This document shows positions 15,222-29,560 of a DNA stretch of 64,000 nt, piece by piece. Source of the stretch: the human T2T-CHM13v2.0 reference genome, Homo sapiens; NCBI RefSeq assembly GCF_009914755.1, contig NC_060928.1; one strand, given 5' to 3'. The notes below the pieces were generated by a model, which was not told the origin of the DNA, did not search any database, and saw nothing but the letters and a program-made list of their open reading frames with translations. The translations under genes were made by a program, and so were the position numbers. How positions within the stretch are numbered: the first letter of the stretch is position 1; every line of letters starts with the position of its first letter.

Positions 15222-17309
15222 CACTCATTATGATTTACAGACTGTGTTTCTATGTCCCTGTATTTCAAAAGCATATTATTTCTGCCTTCTCCTTACTTCA
15301 TGGGAGGATTTGTGACAATGGACACAAACTAATATTTTTATAAACATGGTGAATATGACTAAACCTTTGTTTCTATTATTACTATCCTTTCATGTCTACT
15401 TAGGGTTCAACAACTAAGGGAAATCACAGCCTTTATGGTAAAACTCATGCATTTTTTGTGTGACAGTTGTAACCAAATGCTGATTCACATGATATGTATT
15501 TAAACGTGTTGCTACGATTAACAGATAGTTGATGAATACTATTTAATTAATAAATCAGAAGCCTTATTTTGGAGTTTTAGAAAAATAAAAGTTAGAAAAT
15601 GCATAGCTAGTTCCAGAAATAAAATACCTGTGAAATGATGATAAATAAAAATGCCTTCCACTTCCTTTCATTTCATTCTATAGTCTTGGTTCTATCTCTG
15701 AGTCTGGAATCTGCTCATTTGAAATTTTCCATTGTGATAAGGTGAGCAGGTCCTGGCTGCTCCACCTACTGGTGTTACTTGATAGAAATCATGAAACTTC
15801 TCTCAGCAACTGCTTCTTCATTGGAAACATAAGGAAACGCGTAGGCTCTACCTTACAGATCTCTGAGGAACTCAGCTAACAGGACACAAGTAAAGAAAGA
15901 ACTATAGCATGAGCACATGGTGACTGTTCAATAACTTTCTGAAAAAGTTGTTCTTATCTCCAAGACATATTACCCTGAATTTCTTTGATTTTAATTACCT
16001 TAACATGAAAGCTCTCATCACAAGCCACAACTTAGATTATACATCTAACAACTAGCACCAAAAACAAGCAAATCATTGGAAAATATCTCTGCAGAAAGGA
16101 CTACATAATTAAAGAACAATCTGTGAAGATCTGTAGTTTTTTTTAAATTTTTTTTCAACTTGAAGGTGAAACTGTACATCTATGCTTTGCCAACTGACTA
16201 CTTTCTGGGGCTGATTTGAGTCATGTGCACACACTGGTCCCCAGACACACAAAACAGAATCAAGGCCTTGGCTTACAGTGACATTGCATCTGTAAGAGCC
16301 ATGTAAATACCTGCTACTTGGTATCTTCTACATCTTAGATATTTATTTTTATTCTAAAGCCAACCTACATATCCATAACTGCACAGCAACCATTTATACA
16401 TCTCTATATTTGTGATTTTGATTTTTAGGCAACACTTACCATCTATTTTTTTTGCTATCAATCTCATCACAAAAGGTATAATCACATGTATTTTGTATAT
16501 TGGAAAGTAAATTTACCAATATTAACTTTAGGTAGAAGATGTCAGAAAATCCTTTTAATATTATTTTTGACCTTTATTTTCACCAACAGCAATAGGTTAG
16601 TGTCCATTAAAAAGATGAGCTTTACAAAAGTGCAAGGTTTCAAAAATTATTTGAGAAGTCAGATCTCAGGGAAAATGCAGGAAAAGAAGGGATGGCCAGA
16701 GGTTCAGGAAGAGGGACACCCATTGGCCATGCCTTCAAGAAGTTCTTGTTCTGGTTTGCTGACATGAAAGCTATGTCAAGGAAACTGCCTTCTAGTGATG
16801 AAAAGATTCATTTAGACAATGGCATTTGTGACGGATTTGTCTTATGTTCAGCATGACCAGTGAGAAGCAGAGGGATTTGGGGAATGGTGGACAACAGGTG
16901 GGAAAAAGGGGGCAATTGAAGGAAAAGCTTTTAAGTGACTCCAATAAAGTATGTACCAAAAGATGGTCCTTTTGTCAGGAAAATGCTAATAAGGGATTAC
17001 ACTACAGACTCTCAATGGGAGTGTAAAGAGGAGTTGTGTGGGCAAATTTGGAGGGGGTTGTAGTCTAGAAAGCATATTCAAATACTTGCCATTTTTATAA
17101 TACAGTTCAAAAATTGCAGAAATTAATGCAACTGCAATAAAAACATTACAAAAATATTTAGAGTGGTATTATTACTGAAAATAGAAATCTATAGATGATA
17201 TAGGTTTAGCAGATTGAAAAATGCTGCCTTCATAAACAGTTTCTTCTGAATAGATGCCTTCTTATTTATACAATAGTTTTTAGCTATTCAATATATTTAA
17301 CCTCCAAAT

Positions 17310-17643
17310 CAGTGATCCTCAACCTTTTTGGTACCAGGGACCGGTTTCGTGGAAGACAATTTTTCCACAGGACAGGGCTGGCGGGGGAATGGTTTCAGGA
17401 TAAAAGTGGTCCACCTCAGATCATCAGGCATTAGTTAGATTCTCATAAGGAGCACGCAACCTAGATCTCCTGCACGCACAGTTCATAATAGGGTTAGTGC
17501 TCCTATAAGAATCTAATGCTTACGCCGATCTGACAGGAGGTAGAGCTCCGGCGGTAATGCTCACTCACCTCCCATTGTGTGGCCTGGTTCCCAACAGGCC
17601 ACAGACCAGTACCAGTCAGTGGCCCAGGGGTTGGGAACCCCTG
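17310..17643 (+). mobile_element. MER1B (hAT-Charlie)
   Basis: cag..caacctttttggtaccagggaccggtttcgtggaagacaatttttcc..tagattctcataaggagc..ggggttgggaacccctg. Confidence 0.88.
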
Positions 17644-17768
17644 CCCTATGAAGGCACTGATTGCTTTTAGGCATTTTGCTATTTCTATGAATTATGTATA
17701 TTAGGCAATTTAATCACAGTTATAGCTAGGTGCATTCAACTCACCTGAGTATAGCATGAACTAACTCC

Positions 17769-17820
17769 ACACACACACAGACACATGCACACACACACAC
17801 ACATACATACACACACAGAG
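17769..17820 (+). repeat. Interrupted (CA)n microsatellite
   Basis: acacacacacagacacatgcacacacacacacacatacatacacacacag. Confidence 0.9.
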
Positions 17821-19622
17821 AGACTTGCATACACATACAAATTATGAAGGACTCCATGTTTGTCCAGCAATAAAAGGCTTATTATTATTATCTGTTTCAT
17901 TAACTTTTTATTTTCTATATGGACTTCCAAGAATTTCTGGTTCCCCGCTAGTGCCATCACCCCACAAGTCACCCCAACCTGCCAGACTAAATATGGGATC
18001 TTCTCTAAACCAATAAGGCTGAGATAATAAGAAGCAACAGCTTGCTTTATCCTCATTCTCTGAGAAGCTCAGCCTTCTGGGAAGAGATGAGTAGCCACCC
18101 CCTCTAATCGCAGAAGGTGTTGAATCTAGAATCTAGTTGTCCTTACAGAAAAATCAAGTGTCCAGATAAAGACTCCCTTACCTGTCTTCTTTGTAAATGT
18201 TCCCAATTTCTGGTAAATGCAGAGGGTTCCTCTTGGGCCTCTTTCATGGGTCCCAGGTAATATTGGTAAAATTAAGTATAAAATAAAACAAACACAGACA
18301 GATAATTTATATCTTACAGACCATCACTGAAAGGACTACTAAAGGAAAGTTTTGTGTTCTAGCACTAGGGACTCTGACTAACCTTCCTCCTGAAAGCAAG
18401 TGCTCCATAAAATATAAAAACACATCCTCATAAATGCTTCAATAAATTGACAATAAAGAAGGCAAAAAGTTTAAGTGATGTCAGAAACCTAGAGAATAAG
18501 CAGCATACTGAATTTGGCTTTGGCTCTCAGGACATTCGCAAAATCCTAGTGACCTTAATCTTTCCTTTTACTGACCTTGTGGAGCTCATGGAGGGCAGAA
18601 GACAAGATCAGAGCCATTTGAGGGTAGGGGCAGACTGGGGATGGAGAATCTCAGAAGAGTTTCTCCAATAAAATTAGGTCCACAAAGGTTTCAGTTTAAG
18701 GGTGAACTAGAAATAAGCTTCTGTATCCCCAGTAGATCGCAAATAAAATTGTCTGGCTTGAAATTCAGTGATAAATAAGAGGTGATAAAAATTTCCTTTG
18801 AGAATTCCTAACTATAAACCAGATTCACACCAGTTTTTAGTCTGAACTCACAATATAGGATGATGTGAAAAATTTCAAGCCAAGAAGTTAGATTAAAATT
18901 GTAGGGAGAAGTATGTCTCTAGGACACTCGGGCAAAAGAAACACAAATACCTAAATACCTTCTAAAGAAACCCACCTTCACCCAAGGATTCAAAGAATTC
19001 CTCAGATAAAGATCCAAGCCCACAATTAAAAAAAAACACACAAAAAATCAGGAAATATGTCAACATGAGTGAGACCAAGAACCAATAGCAGATTTAAAGG
19101 AGGAAAGACTTCAGAAAAGACAAACACACAAAATACTCTAGTTAAAAGACAAACATTATCAGAGTGGATTTCAAAATAAATCCAACCATATGTTGTGTAT
19201 AAGAAGCACACCTGAAACAAAAGAATACAGACAGGGTGAAAGTGAAAGACAGCCAACTGGAAGTCATCTCCACCCTCATTGTTCCCTGACTCCTATCATC
19301 TATCAGAGACATGATGACCCCTTGCTCTTTGTCTCTTTCCTTTGGTTATATTACAGTTTTCTTTTTTGCCTTCCTTAACAATCCCTTGGACTTTTCCAGT
19401 GGTCCTTCTTCCTCCTCAGACTTCTAAGCATTCCTCTAGCGAAGTGCTACGCTATTTGTTCTATTCCCTGGAGGGTCTCAAAGGGTGTCCCCTGACTACC
19501 TGCATTAAAATCATTTTGGCTATTTGTAAAAACAGAATTTCCTGGGCGATTAGCCAGACATTCTGATTTTTAGATTTGGGAAAGGATCTAAGAATTGCAT
19601 TTTTAACAAGCTCCACCAGTAA

Positions 19623-20027
<405 letters not shown>

Positions 20028-20775
20028 TAATACTTTATTTTAGTATTTTCCCCTGTCCTCTCATCTAAATTACAGTTCTGTACTTTAGGTGGCACTTCTA
20101 AGGTATTTGTCAACTTGATGTCAATTGGACCATCAATCACATTAGTTAAAATTAAGAAATTATGTATAGCTCATCCTTTCATTAATAAATCCAATTCATT
20201 ACAACTCATATTCTTGTCCTGTAAAATATCCTTAAGTTCCTTTTGCTCTGTATTGCTGTCTCTTTAGTACGACCCTCATTACTTTATGTATGGATTTTTA
20301 TAACTAGTTTTTCTATTCAAATGTTCTAGTCCTACAATCCATCTAGGACACTGCTGCCAGAATAATTTTCCTTAAATATCACTTTCACCATATCACACTG
20401 ATGCTAAATATCTTCATATCATTCCTTAGTTCCTTAATAATCAAATTTAAACTTGCCTGTCATGTTTTTGAACTTCAGAATCCACTCCACTCAATGTGCC
20501 TTCCCATCATCCAGCAGTCCATACTCTCTACGTCAGACATGCTGCTCTCCTGCTGTCATGAATGCATGAAGCGAGTATGACAACAAAGCACAACTCATGG
20601 CAGGCAATCACAGAGTGACTTTTTTTTTTAATTTAAATTTATGTTGTGCAGCTAGCTGTTTTTCCCCCATTCCTAAGTGAAAATTTAGGAAGCTCCTATG
20701 CCTTCCACAGCTGCCATCAACCAATTAAAATTCCTAGTTATTATCAGTGATGAAACAGTCTCAATTTAATACTGA

Positions 20776-21395
20776 TATTAGAGGTGCTTGAACCAGAGTG
20801 ACTCCATCTTGAATAGGGGCTGGGTAAAATGAGGCTGAGACCTATTGGGCTGCATTCCCAGGAGGTTAGGCATTCTTAGTCACAAGATGAGATAGGAGGT
20901 CAGCACAAGATACCAGTCACAAAGACTCTGCTGATAAACAGGATGCCATAAAGAAGCAGGCCAAAACCCACCAAGACCAAGAAGGCAATGAAAGCAACCT
21001 ATGATCATCTTCTCTGCTCATTATATGCTAATTATAATGCATTAGCATGCTAAGAGGCACTCCCATCAGCACTATGACAGTTTACAAATGCCATGGCCAC
21101 ATCAGGAAGTTACTCTATATAGTCTAAAAGGAAGAGAAATCCTCAATTTGGAGAATTTCCTGCCCCTTTCCCAGAAAACTCAGAAATAATCCATGCCTTG
21201 TTTGGCATATAATCAAGAAATAACCATAAAAATAGCCAACCAGCCACCCTCAGGGCTGCTCTGCCTATTTTATTCCTTTACTTTCTTAATAAACTTGCTT
21301 TCACTTTACTCTATGGACTTACCCTGAATTCATTCTTGCGTGAGGTCCAAGAACCCTCTCTTGGGGTCTAGACCAGGACCAGCATTCCAGTAACA
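20776..21395 (+). mobile_element. MER41B solo LTR (ERV1)
   Basis: agaggtgcttgaaccagagtgactccatcttgaataggggctgggtaaaatgaggctgagacc..taataaacttgctttcacttt..ccagtaaca; 4-bp TSD ctga/ctgt. Confidence 0.88.
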
Positions 21396-22593
21396 CTGTC
21401 ACATACATAATGACATTTTGGTCAACAACGGCCCATGCACTTACGATGGTGGTCCCATAAGATTATAATGGAGCTAAAAAATTCCTGTTACTTAATAATG
21501 TCATAATAGTCCTAATGTCATAATGTAATGCATTACTCATCTGCTTGTGGTTATGATGTAAATATACCTACTGCACTGTCAGTTGTATAAAAGTATGGCA
21601 CATGCTTATGTACATAAGTACATAATTAAGCATATGATACTTGATAATGATAATAAATGGCCATATTACTGGTTTATGTATTTATTATATCATACTTTTT
21701 ATTATTTTAGAGTGCTTTTCTACTGATTGAAAAAAGAAGTTAATTGTAGAACAGCCACAGACAGGTCCTTCTGGAGATATTTCAGAATGCATTGCTATCA
21801 TAGGAGATGACAGCTCCATGTGTGTTACTGGCTCTGAAGACCTTCCAGCGGACAAGATGTGGAGGTGGAAGACAGTGGTATTCATGCTCTTGACCCTGTG
21901 TAGGCCTAGGCTAATGTGTGCGTTTGTGTCTCATTTTTAATTAAAAAGTTTAAAAAGTTAAAAAAAATTAAAAACAAAGAAAAGCTTATACAATAAGGAT
22001 ACAAAGAAAGAAAATATGGTTGTACAACTATACAATGTGTTTGTCTTTCAAGCTAAGTGTTACTACAAAAAGTCAAAAACTTAAAAAAATTAAAGTTTAT
22101 AAAGTTAAAAAATTATCATAAGCTGAGGTTAATTTATTTTTGAAGAAAAAATTTAAAGAAATTTGATGTAGCCTAAGTGTAGTATTTCTAAAGTCTACAG
22201 TAGTGTACAGTAATGTCCTACATCTTCACATTAATTCACCACTCACTGTCTCACCCAGAACACCTTCCAGTCCTGCGAGCTTTATTCATAATCAGTGCCC
22301 TATACAGGTGTACCATTTTAAATCTTTAATATTCCCTTTTTACTCTACCTTTACTATGTTTAGATATACAAATTCTTACCATAGTGAAACAGTTGCCTAT
22401 AGTAGTCAATGCGGTAACATGCTGCATAGGTTTGTAGCCTAGGAGCAATAGGCTATACCATATAGCCTAGGTGTGTACTGGGCTATGCCATCTAGATTTA
22501 TGTAAGTACACTTTATGATGTTCACACAACAACGAAATCACCAAATGATGCATGTCTCAGAATGTATCCCCATCTTTGAGCAATGCATGACTA
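21396..22593 (+). mobile_element. Tigger3b (Golem) non-autonomous DNA transposon
   Basis: ggtcaacaacgg..gatggtggtcccataagattataatggagct..tagcctaggtgtgta..cagaatgtatcccc..gcatgact. Confidence 0.85.
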
Positions 22594-22952
22594 AAATTAA
22601 ATATAAAGGACCACATAATAATCCAAATTCTAAACTTACTTTTAAGTTTGGAGGAGCACAGGCTACAGGTCAGAAGTAGTTGGCTTCTCTCTTTCCTTAT
22701 CTAGTAGTTGTTTTCTTCCTTCATCTTTTTGTTAAACTAAATCTCTGAATCATCCAGGATTAAAGCAAGGGAGAAGAGGAGGAGAGAGGCCCAGAAATGT
22801 TCTTTCTTGACAAGCGCTAGTAAAATAATCTAACATCAACGAACCTTTGGCCTGCGAAGTTGTTTAAAACTCACTTTCTCATATAGGTGCTTTCATGGCC
22901 TTTTTGGTGAATGCTTCTGACTCTGGCTTTTTTGGAGAAGGCTAACCTCTAC

Positions 22953-23058
22953 TTGAAGTGCCTTAGCAGAGGTAAAAACATCTCTAAACTGTTCATTACT
23001 TCCTTGTCTGCTGAAAAGTTGACAGCACTCAGAATTTCTACCTCTGGACTATAGAGTC
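22953..23058 (-). other. Candidate cryptic exon (GLYSPEVEILSAVNFSADKEVMNSLEMFLPLLRHF), acceptor supplied by an LTR edge
   Basis: Acceptor ctccttttccctaattag|GA, open in the phase-1 frame for 34 codons; weak donor AA|gtagag. Confidence 0.25.
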
Positions 23059-23485
23059 CTAATTAGGGAAAAGGAGCCAGGCTGGTGGGAGCAGGGAAAA
23101 GCAAAAAGAAAAAGCAGGTAAGCTATAAGTCTGCCTTTCTTCATAGTCCAGGACACGTAGCACTCTTGTGCAAATAATTCACAATCTTTCTGAGCCCAGC
23201 TATCACCAGACCCTTGGATGACAGTAAAATGCAGGTTAGTTCACTGCAACCTTGGTGTTATCAGTACTGCACAAAGCCTTCTTTAGCACATCACACAAAA
23301 TCCCCAGCAAGCTTTTGTCTCCTTACAGTCAGCTCCTTTCTTGCTGACCTGCCCATTGTACACTTGCAATGTATTTTCATACTTTCTTGAATAATCCTGC
23401 CTTTCTTTACCTACAAACTGTCTTGGTAAATTCTTCTTACTGCCCATGCCACTGGCCCCAGATGGTTGCTGATCACTTGCAGTAT
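23050..23485 (+). mobile_element. ERV1 solo LTR (MER83-like)
   Basis: gagtcctaattagggaaaaggagccaggctgg..gctataagtctgcctttcttcat..gtcttggtaaattcttc. Confidence 0.65.
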
Positions 23486-26400
23486 GGCCCTTTCTGGACA
23501 GGGCTTAAAAACAACTCTATACTAGCTCTCCCTCAAAAATGATCCATATTCAGAAGAAAAACTTAAATACTCTTTGCACCTACAAACTCCTGGAATGTAG
23601 TGTGTCTCCACTTAAGAAACTTCTCCTTTATTCTGTCAGTCTTTCCTTTCTTCAGATTTCTCAGGTGAGAATCAGACATGAGCATACAGTTAGCCAGCAG
23701 ACTGCAGGGAATACATAGTAAGTTCTCTGAGTAGCTGGTAAGGTGCTGGTACCCCATTCTGGTACCCACAAATCAACAGCAGCTCTCTCCAAATTATCAA
23801 CATTTTATACCATTGACAAGGTGGATCTCCTTTGTAAATCTTGCATAAAGTCTCTGTGGAATGTAGAATTTGTATATATCTTAGTTTCTCAGTCCAAACT
23901 TATATTTTAATTTCTCATTACAAATGCTTAATAATTTCTATCTTCATGTGTGTTGTTTTCCTCTCTGGAATCTATCTATTCTTTCCCAACTCGCTTATCC
24001 AAATCTGAGCTATCCTGCAAGGTTGTGCTCAAGTTCCATCTTATTTATGCTCTCTTGCCTGACTGTTTTAGATTTTCCAGCATTGTCTTTGGAAGCCCTA
24101 CACTAGTTGCAGAAGTTACTATAATCAATACATAAAGTTTGCCCTTAGCATTTCTTTTTCATGAAAGAAATACAGGCACCTTCATGAGACAGTGACTCTG
24201 TGGCCTACAAACTTAATTGTACTTGAAATACAAAAATATCTTTGAAAAATGTGCTGATCCAAAAGGTGGCTTATAAGTTTAAGAAAAGTGGGACAAAGAG
24301 AGGCAAATGTTAGGCATGGACATCTAGGTTCATTAAATTTCTTTGAATGAACACTCATCACTTAGAAAAGAAGGGAAGTATTAGGATAAAGCTTGTTGTT
24401 CTATATTATATATGCTGAATATTTCAAACATTCACTTTTTTAAACATTTATATATAAACAGGAGCTAGAAAACCTATTTACTTGAATCTAACTTTTTTTT
24501 CAACTTTATTGAGTATAACTGACTAGTAATTGTATATTTGAATCCAACATGCTTAAATAAACTAAGCTCTCTATTAGAAGTTGAGGGGCTAGAAAACATG
24601 TAACTCCCATATTTGTTATTAATTGTTTACTATATATAAATATGCATATATGTAATATATGTGTGTATCATAATTCATGTTATTTATTAATAATAAATAA
24701 TAAAATCATAAATAAAATGAATAACTCTCTTTGCCTATATATTGGTCAGAGTAAAATTTATGACACTATATTTTAATACTTTAAAGTACAGTGATTATTT
24801 AGCTCACATTTTTCATGACACTTGCAAATGGTAATTAACCACCAGTGCAGGGACAAACATTAACTTTAAAAAACGTCATTAATTAACTTACAGAGCACTG
24901 GTTATTTTCTATTTTAATGACTGCTTGGATTTATACATACCAATTATCATATATAATGTTTGTCTATGCTCTTCACCTTGTCACTTTTTATTTAAATAGA
25001 GGAAACTGTTGTAATCAAAAAATGTTTTGAACAGATGCAGTACTAAGTGAACTTAAAGATATATATATACGTACATAATCATGCTCTTCTACTAACTAAG
25101 CAATACTGACTTTCAGAATAAAATATCCTGGAAAATGGAATTTTTAACCAAGGTAGCAATTCATAATTAGAAAATAATCAGTAAATCATTACTAAAATTA
25201 TAAGCCATGAAATAGTTAGGAACAAAAATAAGCACAAAATCATGACCTTCAACAGATACGGAGTTTAAAAGTGAGGTTCTCTCACAAACAGATACAAACC
25301 AAAAGCTACAGGATATCAATACCATTTTCTTCTTAGTTGTAGATATTTATGAAGTATCTCCTATATTCAGTTTGTGAGAATATAAAAACTTATTTACCAA
25401 ATAGATTACACTGTGCTATTTATTTTGCACACAAATCTTAGCGACTAAGTAGTATTGGCTGAAAAAACTAGAATGGATTTGAAATTCTATCTCATATTGA
25501 GAATTTTAAAAAATTCTTAAGAAAAAAATGTACCTGTTTTGGAAAAGTCCACTGAGTTCTACTTACTCAATTGGAAAGAGTAAATAAAATTCAACAGATA
25601 ATTTGGTGTTTAGGTAGTCTTATAAAGAAATTCCTGTCACAATGAGAGGTCATTTTTCTATCTTATTTAGTTGAATCAGTAGAACCTATATTTATCTTAG
25701 CTTCATCTTTAGTGTTTTTTTTTAAGTCATAATTATGAAACAAGCCTTGAAATGGAAGTGCAAGAAGTAAATTCAAGTGTCAGGTTTACTACTGTGTCTT
25801 TGAGTAAGTCACTAAGAATTTTAGAGTCTTCAGTCTCTTAATCTGCAAATGAACATAAAAATATTTGCCGTGTTTATCCCATGTAATTAATGTAAGACTC
25901 AAATAGGCAATATTACATATGGAAAAGACACTGAAAACTATTATTATCTGAGACAGAGCAGCACAGGAACAGATCACAGGTTTAGAATGGGATTCAAGTC
26001 CAATGCCACCATCACCAACAGTGTACCTTTAGATAAGTCATCAAATCCCTTCCAGCCTCAATTTCTTCCTCCACTAAATGAGGCAGCTAATTTGTAAGGT
26101 TCTTTCCATCTTTATAAGTCTGTGATCTGGTACGAGAAACCTAATGAAGAAATTCTCTAACATGCTTTTGTTTCCTATGAAAGTAACGTACACTGATTAG
26201 GTGCTCATGATTAATTTTAGACTCTGTCTTGCAAATAAGAGAAAGTCATCATTTATTTGGCAGGAACAGGCTCACATCCCTTATGAAATGAGGTGTGGTA
26301 TTAATTTATTAACTGTATACCAGAATGTTCAACGTTAAATGTAGGAAGGTGGCATTTGTGAAGAATTACAAGAATCATTACATGGTATAAAATCTGAGCA

Positions 26401-28318
26401 TAAAACTAACATTGGAAAAGAATCTGCCCTTGAAATACAGAAAACAAGTCTGTACTACATTACTTACAGTCTATGTTAAAATCACACACCCCATACAAAC
26501 AAAAGATTACAACTAAACACTGAGGAACAGCTGCCCTTGTCTGGCAGTTTGATATCCTTTCAATTACTTGTTTTTCTGTAGTGCTAAACTTGGATTTTGT
26601 GTACACCACAACTAAACATAGAACAGACAAAGGCTAAGCCACATAAGCTTGTTGCTGTAAGTGCTACAAGAGCAGGGATTCTTGTCTGTTTTATTCACTG
26701 ATGTATCCCAAACACCTAGAACACGGCCTGCTGCATCATAAGCACTGAATAAATATGTATTGAACAGATGAACTGGCTTCCATTTATTCCTTGAATAGAT
26801 AAGCTACATTCTGTTTATGACTTTTATTGATTTGCATTTATATCATTAACATGCTTCTATAGAAAAAGAGATAAACCACAAGATTTAACCAATGGTTGCC
26901 TGAATAAAAGAGATAGTTTGGGATGAAAATAAATGACCAGCACAAAAGCTTGAAACCTGCCTGTTGCCTTAAAATGATCTGAATTCCTCAAACCTCAAAC
27001 CTTGGCATTATGCATTATACCCAGGTAACTTCACCTGCACATGTATCCCCTGAATCTAAAATAAAAGTTGAAAAAAAAGTAGTTTCTTCCAGTGTAAAAC
27101 TACAGAATAAATAGGACAAACCCCAAAGCTAAAGAACTGCTCTTTTAATGTTACTAAAGAGAGCACTTCAAACGATGGAGGAAGAAATCTACATATAATT
27201 CACAAAATGGGATTAAAAATACATGAAAAAAGAGCTATTAATAAATATGTCTCTTGTGTTTCTTCCCGTTAAAACTCAAAACAGTGTGGTCTGCCTTGTG
27301 CCCACATCAAAGAAAGCCAGTGAACTAAGAATAAGAGAAATGAAGGCTCAACTCAGTATCTCTCTCGTGGCGCCTAAACACATTTTACAAAAATGTTCTT
27401 TGAACCAGCAACAAACCCAGAAAACTAGAAACAGAACAGGAAGATAAACCCACAAGAGAAAACAACCATGACATCGCCACACCCCCTTCTAGTTTTCTCC
27501 AAAACATTTTTCATACCAGATGAACACAGTAAGTCAAACAGCTCTATTTTTAAATGCATGAGTCTTGGTTGTGGCATAATAGATCAATGAGAAATCTTTT
27601 GTCTTCAGGAAAACACAAGCCTATAACAGAAAGCATGTAAGTTTATAAAATAGCATGTCTGATAAAGAAAGCATCAAAATGAAAGAATGAATGAACCAGT
27701 GTGCAAATGAAATCTCTAAGAGAGAATTCTAGAGTAATTCAGGAAGAAGTAGCAATGTATAAATGAGCTCATCAATTCTCAATCTTCTTCTCATATGACA
27801 TAACATCTCAACCTGCCTATATAAGAACTTAGGATAAAAAGGAAGAAGGAAAATTAAAAGGTGTTGAGACTAGCTTGAACAATTCCCATTGTCAAGGCCA
27901 GACAGTTATTCTGGAAGAGAATAGAAAAATCCAGAGACAAAGGGAGGTAACAAAAAGTAAAGTGCCAGCACAGGTAGGCTGGAGAGAAAGTCTAGGGAGA
28001 GTTTTGAGGAAACGTGGGGATAGGCCATAGAGTCACTTACCATGCTGTGATTCAGAAAGAGGATTTTAAATAAAGTTTTGCTCCATATATCAATGAAACT
28101 CCCATGAAATTTTTAAGAGGCTGTAGGAAGGATTTAAGTTACTTTTGCAATATTTCTAGATGTTATTTATTCATTTATTCCACAAATATATGATGGGGGC
28201 ACTTTCTTAGGACTGTGTTTACACTGGCAGCCTCTGTAGAGATCGGCCATATGATGGGAGCAAGAAAGTCCAGCTTTATGTAGATTCCTGAAAGAAAATA
28301 TCCAGAAGAGGAAGACTA

Positions 28319-28801
28319 CAGTTGAGCCTTGAATAACATGGGTTTGAATTGCGTGAGTCCACTTATACACAGATAGTTTTCAATAACAGTTACAAGTATG
28401 CCTGCCTCTCCTGCCTGCCCTTTCCTCCGTCTCTACCACCTCCGACACCCACGAGACCGAAAGACCAACCCTTCTCCTTCCTCTTCCTCCTCGGCCATCT
28501 CAACATGAAGATGATGAGGATGAAGACCTTTACTTAATGAATAGTAAATATATTTTCTCTTCTTGATGATTTCCTTAATAATAACTTCCCATCTCTAGCT
28601 AACTTTATTGTAAGAATACAGTATATAATACATAAAACACACAAAAGATGTGTTAACCCACTATTTATGTTATGGGTAAGACTTCCAGTCAGTGATAGGC
28701 TATTAGCAGTTAAGTTTTGGGGGAGTCAGAAGTTATGCACAGATTTTTAACTATGTGGAGGGTTAGCATCTCTACCCTCTGCATTGTTCAAGAATCAACT
28801 G
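28319..28801 (+). mobile_element. Tigger2a (MER28)
   Basis: TA|cagttgagccttgaataacatggg ... tgttcaagaatcaactg|TA terminal inverted repeats; gatgaggatgaagaccttt core. Confidence 0.88.
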
Positions 28802-28859
28802 TATATTCTAATACTGCTTCTTGTTCTATTATTTGAGAACATCCTTGTATAGAAAATGT

Positions 28860-29560
28860 GTTACAGTCATTATGGAAAACAGTATGGAGGTTCCTTTAAA
28901 AGTTAAAAATAGAACTAAAATATGATCCAGAAAGTCTACTTCTGAGTACATATCCAAAGGAAAAAAAATCAGTATGTCAAAGATATATTTGCACTAGTAT
29001 GTTCATTGCAGCATTATTCACAATAGCCAAGATATAGAATCAACCAAAGGGTCCATCCATAGATAAATGGATAATGAAAATGTAGTATATATACACAATA
29101 GAGTACTATTAAGCCTTAAAACAGGACAGCCTATCATTTGTGACAATAATGGATGAACCTCAAGAACATTATGCTAAATAAATAAGCCAGGCACAGAAAG
29201 ACAAATACTGCATGGTCTCACTTTTACATGTGGCATTTAGAAATACTGAACTCATAGAAACAGAGAGTAGAATGGTGGTTGCCAAGGGCTGGGGTAATTG
29301 GAGATGTTGCCCAAAGGTTACAAAGGTTCAGTTAGACAGGATGAGTAAGTTCTGAAGATCTACTTTATAGCATTAATAATAATGTATTAATAATAATATG
29401 TTCTATACTTGAAAATTACTAAGAGAGTAGGTCTTAAATATTCTCACCACAAAAAATTCTAAGTGTGAGAGGTGATGGTTATGTTAACCAGCTTGATTTA
29501 ATCGCTTCACAATATACATACATCAAAACACCACCTTGTACGCCATAATTATATACAATG
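28860..29560 (+). mobile_element. L1MA-type LINE-1 3' fragment
   Basis: tatggaaaacagtatggaggttcct..gcattattcacaatagccaag..gaaagacaaatactgcatg..ttctcaccacaaaa. Confidence 0.85.
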
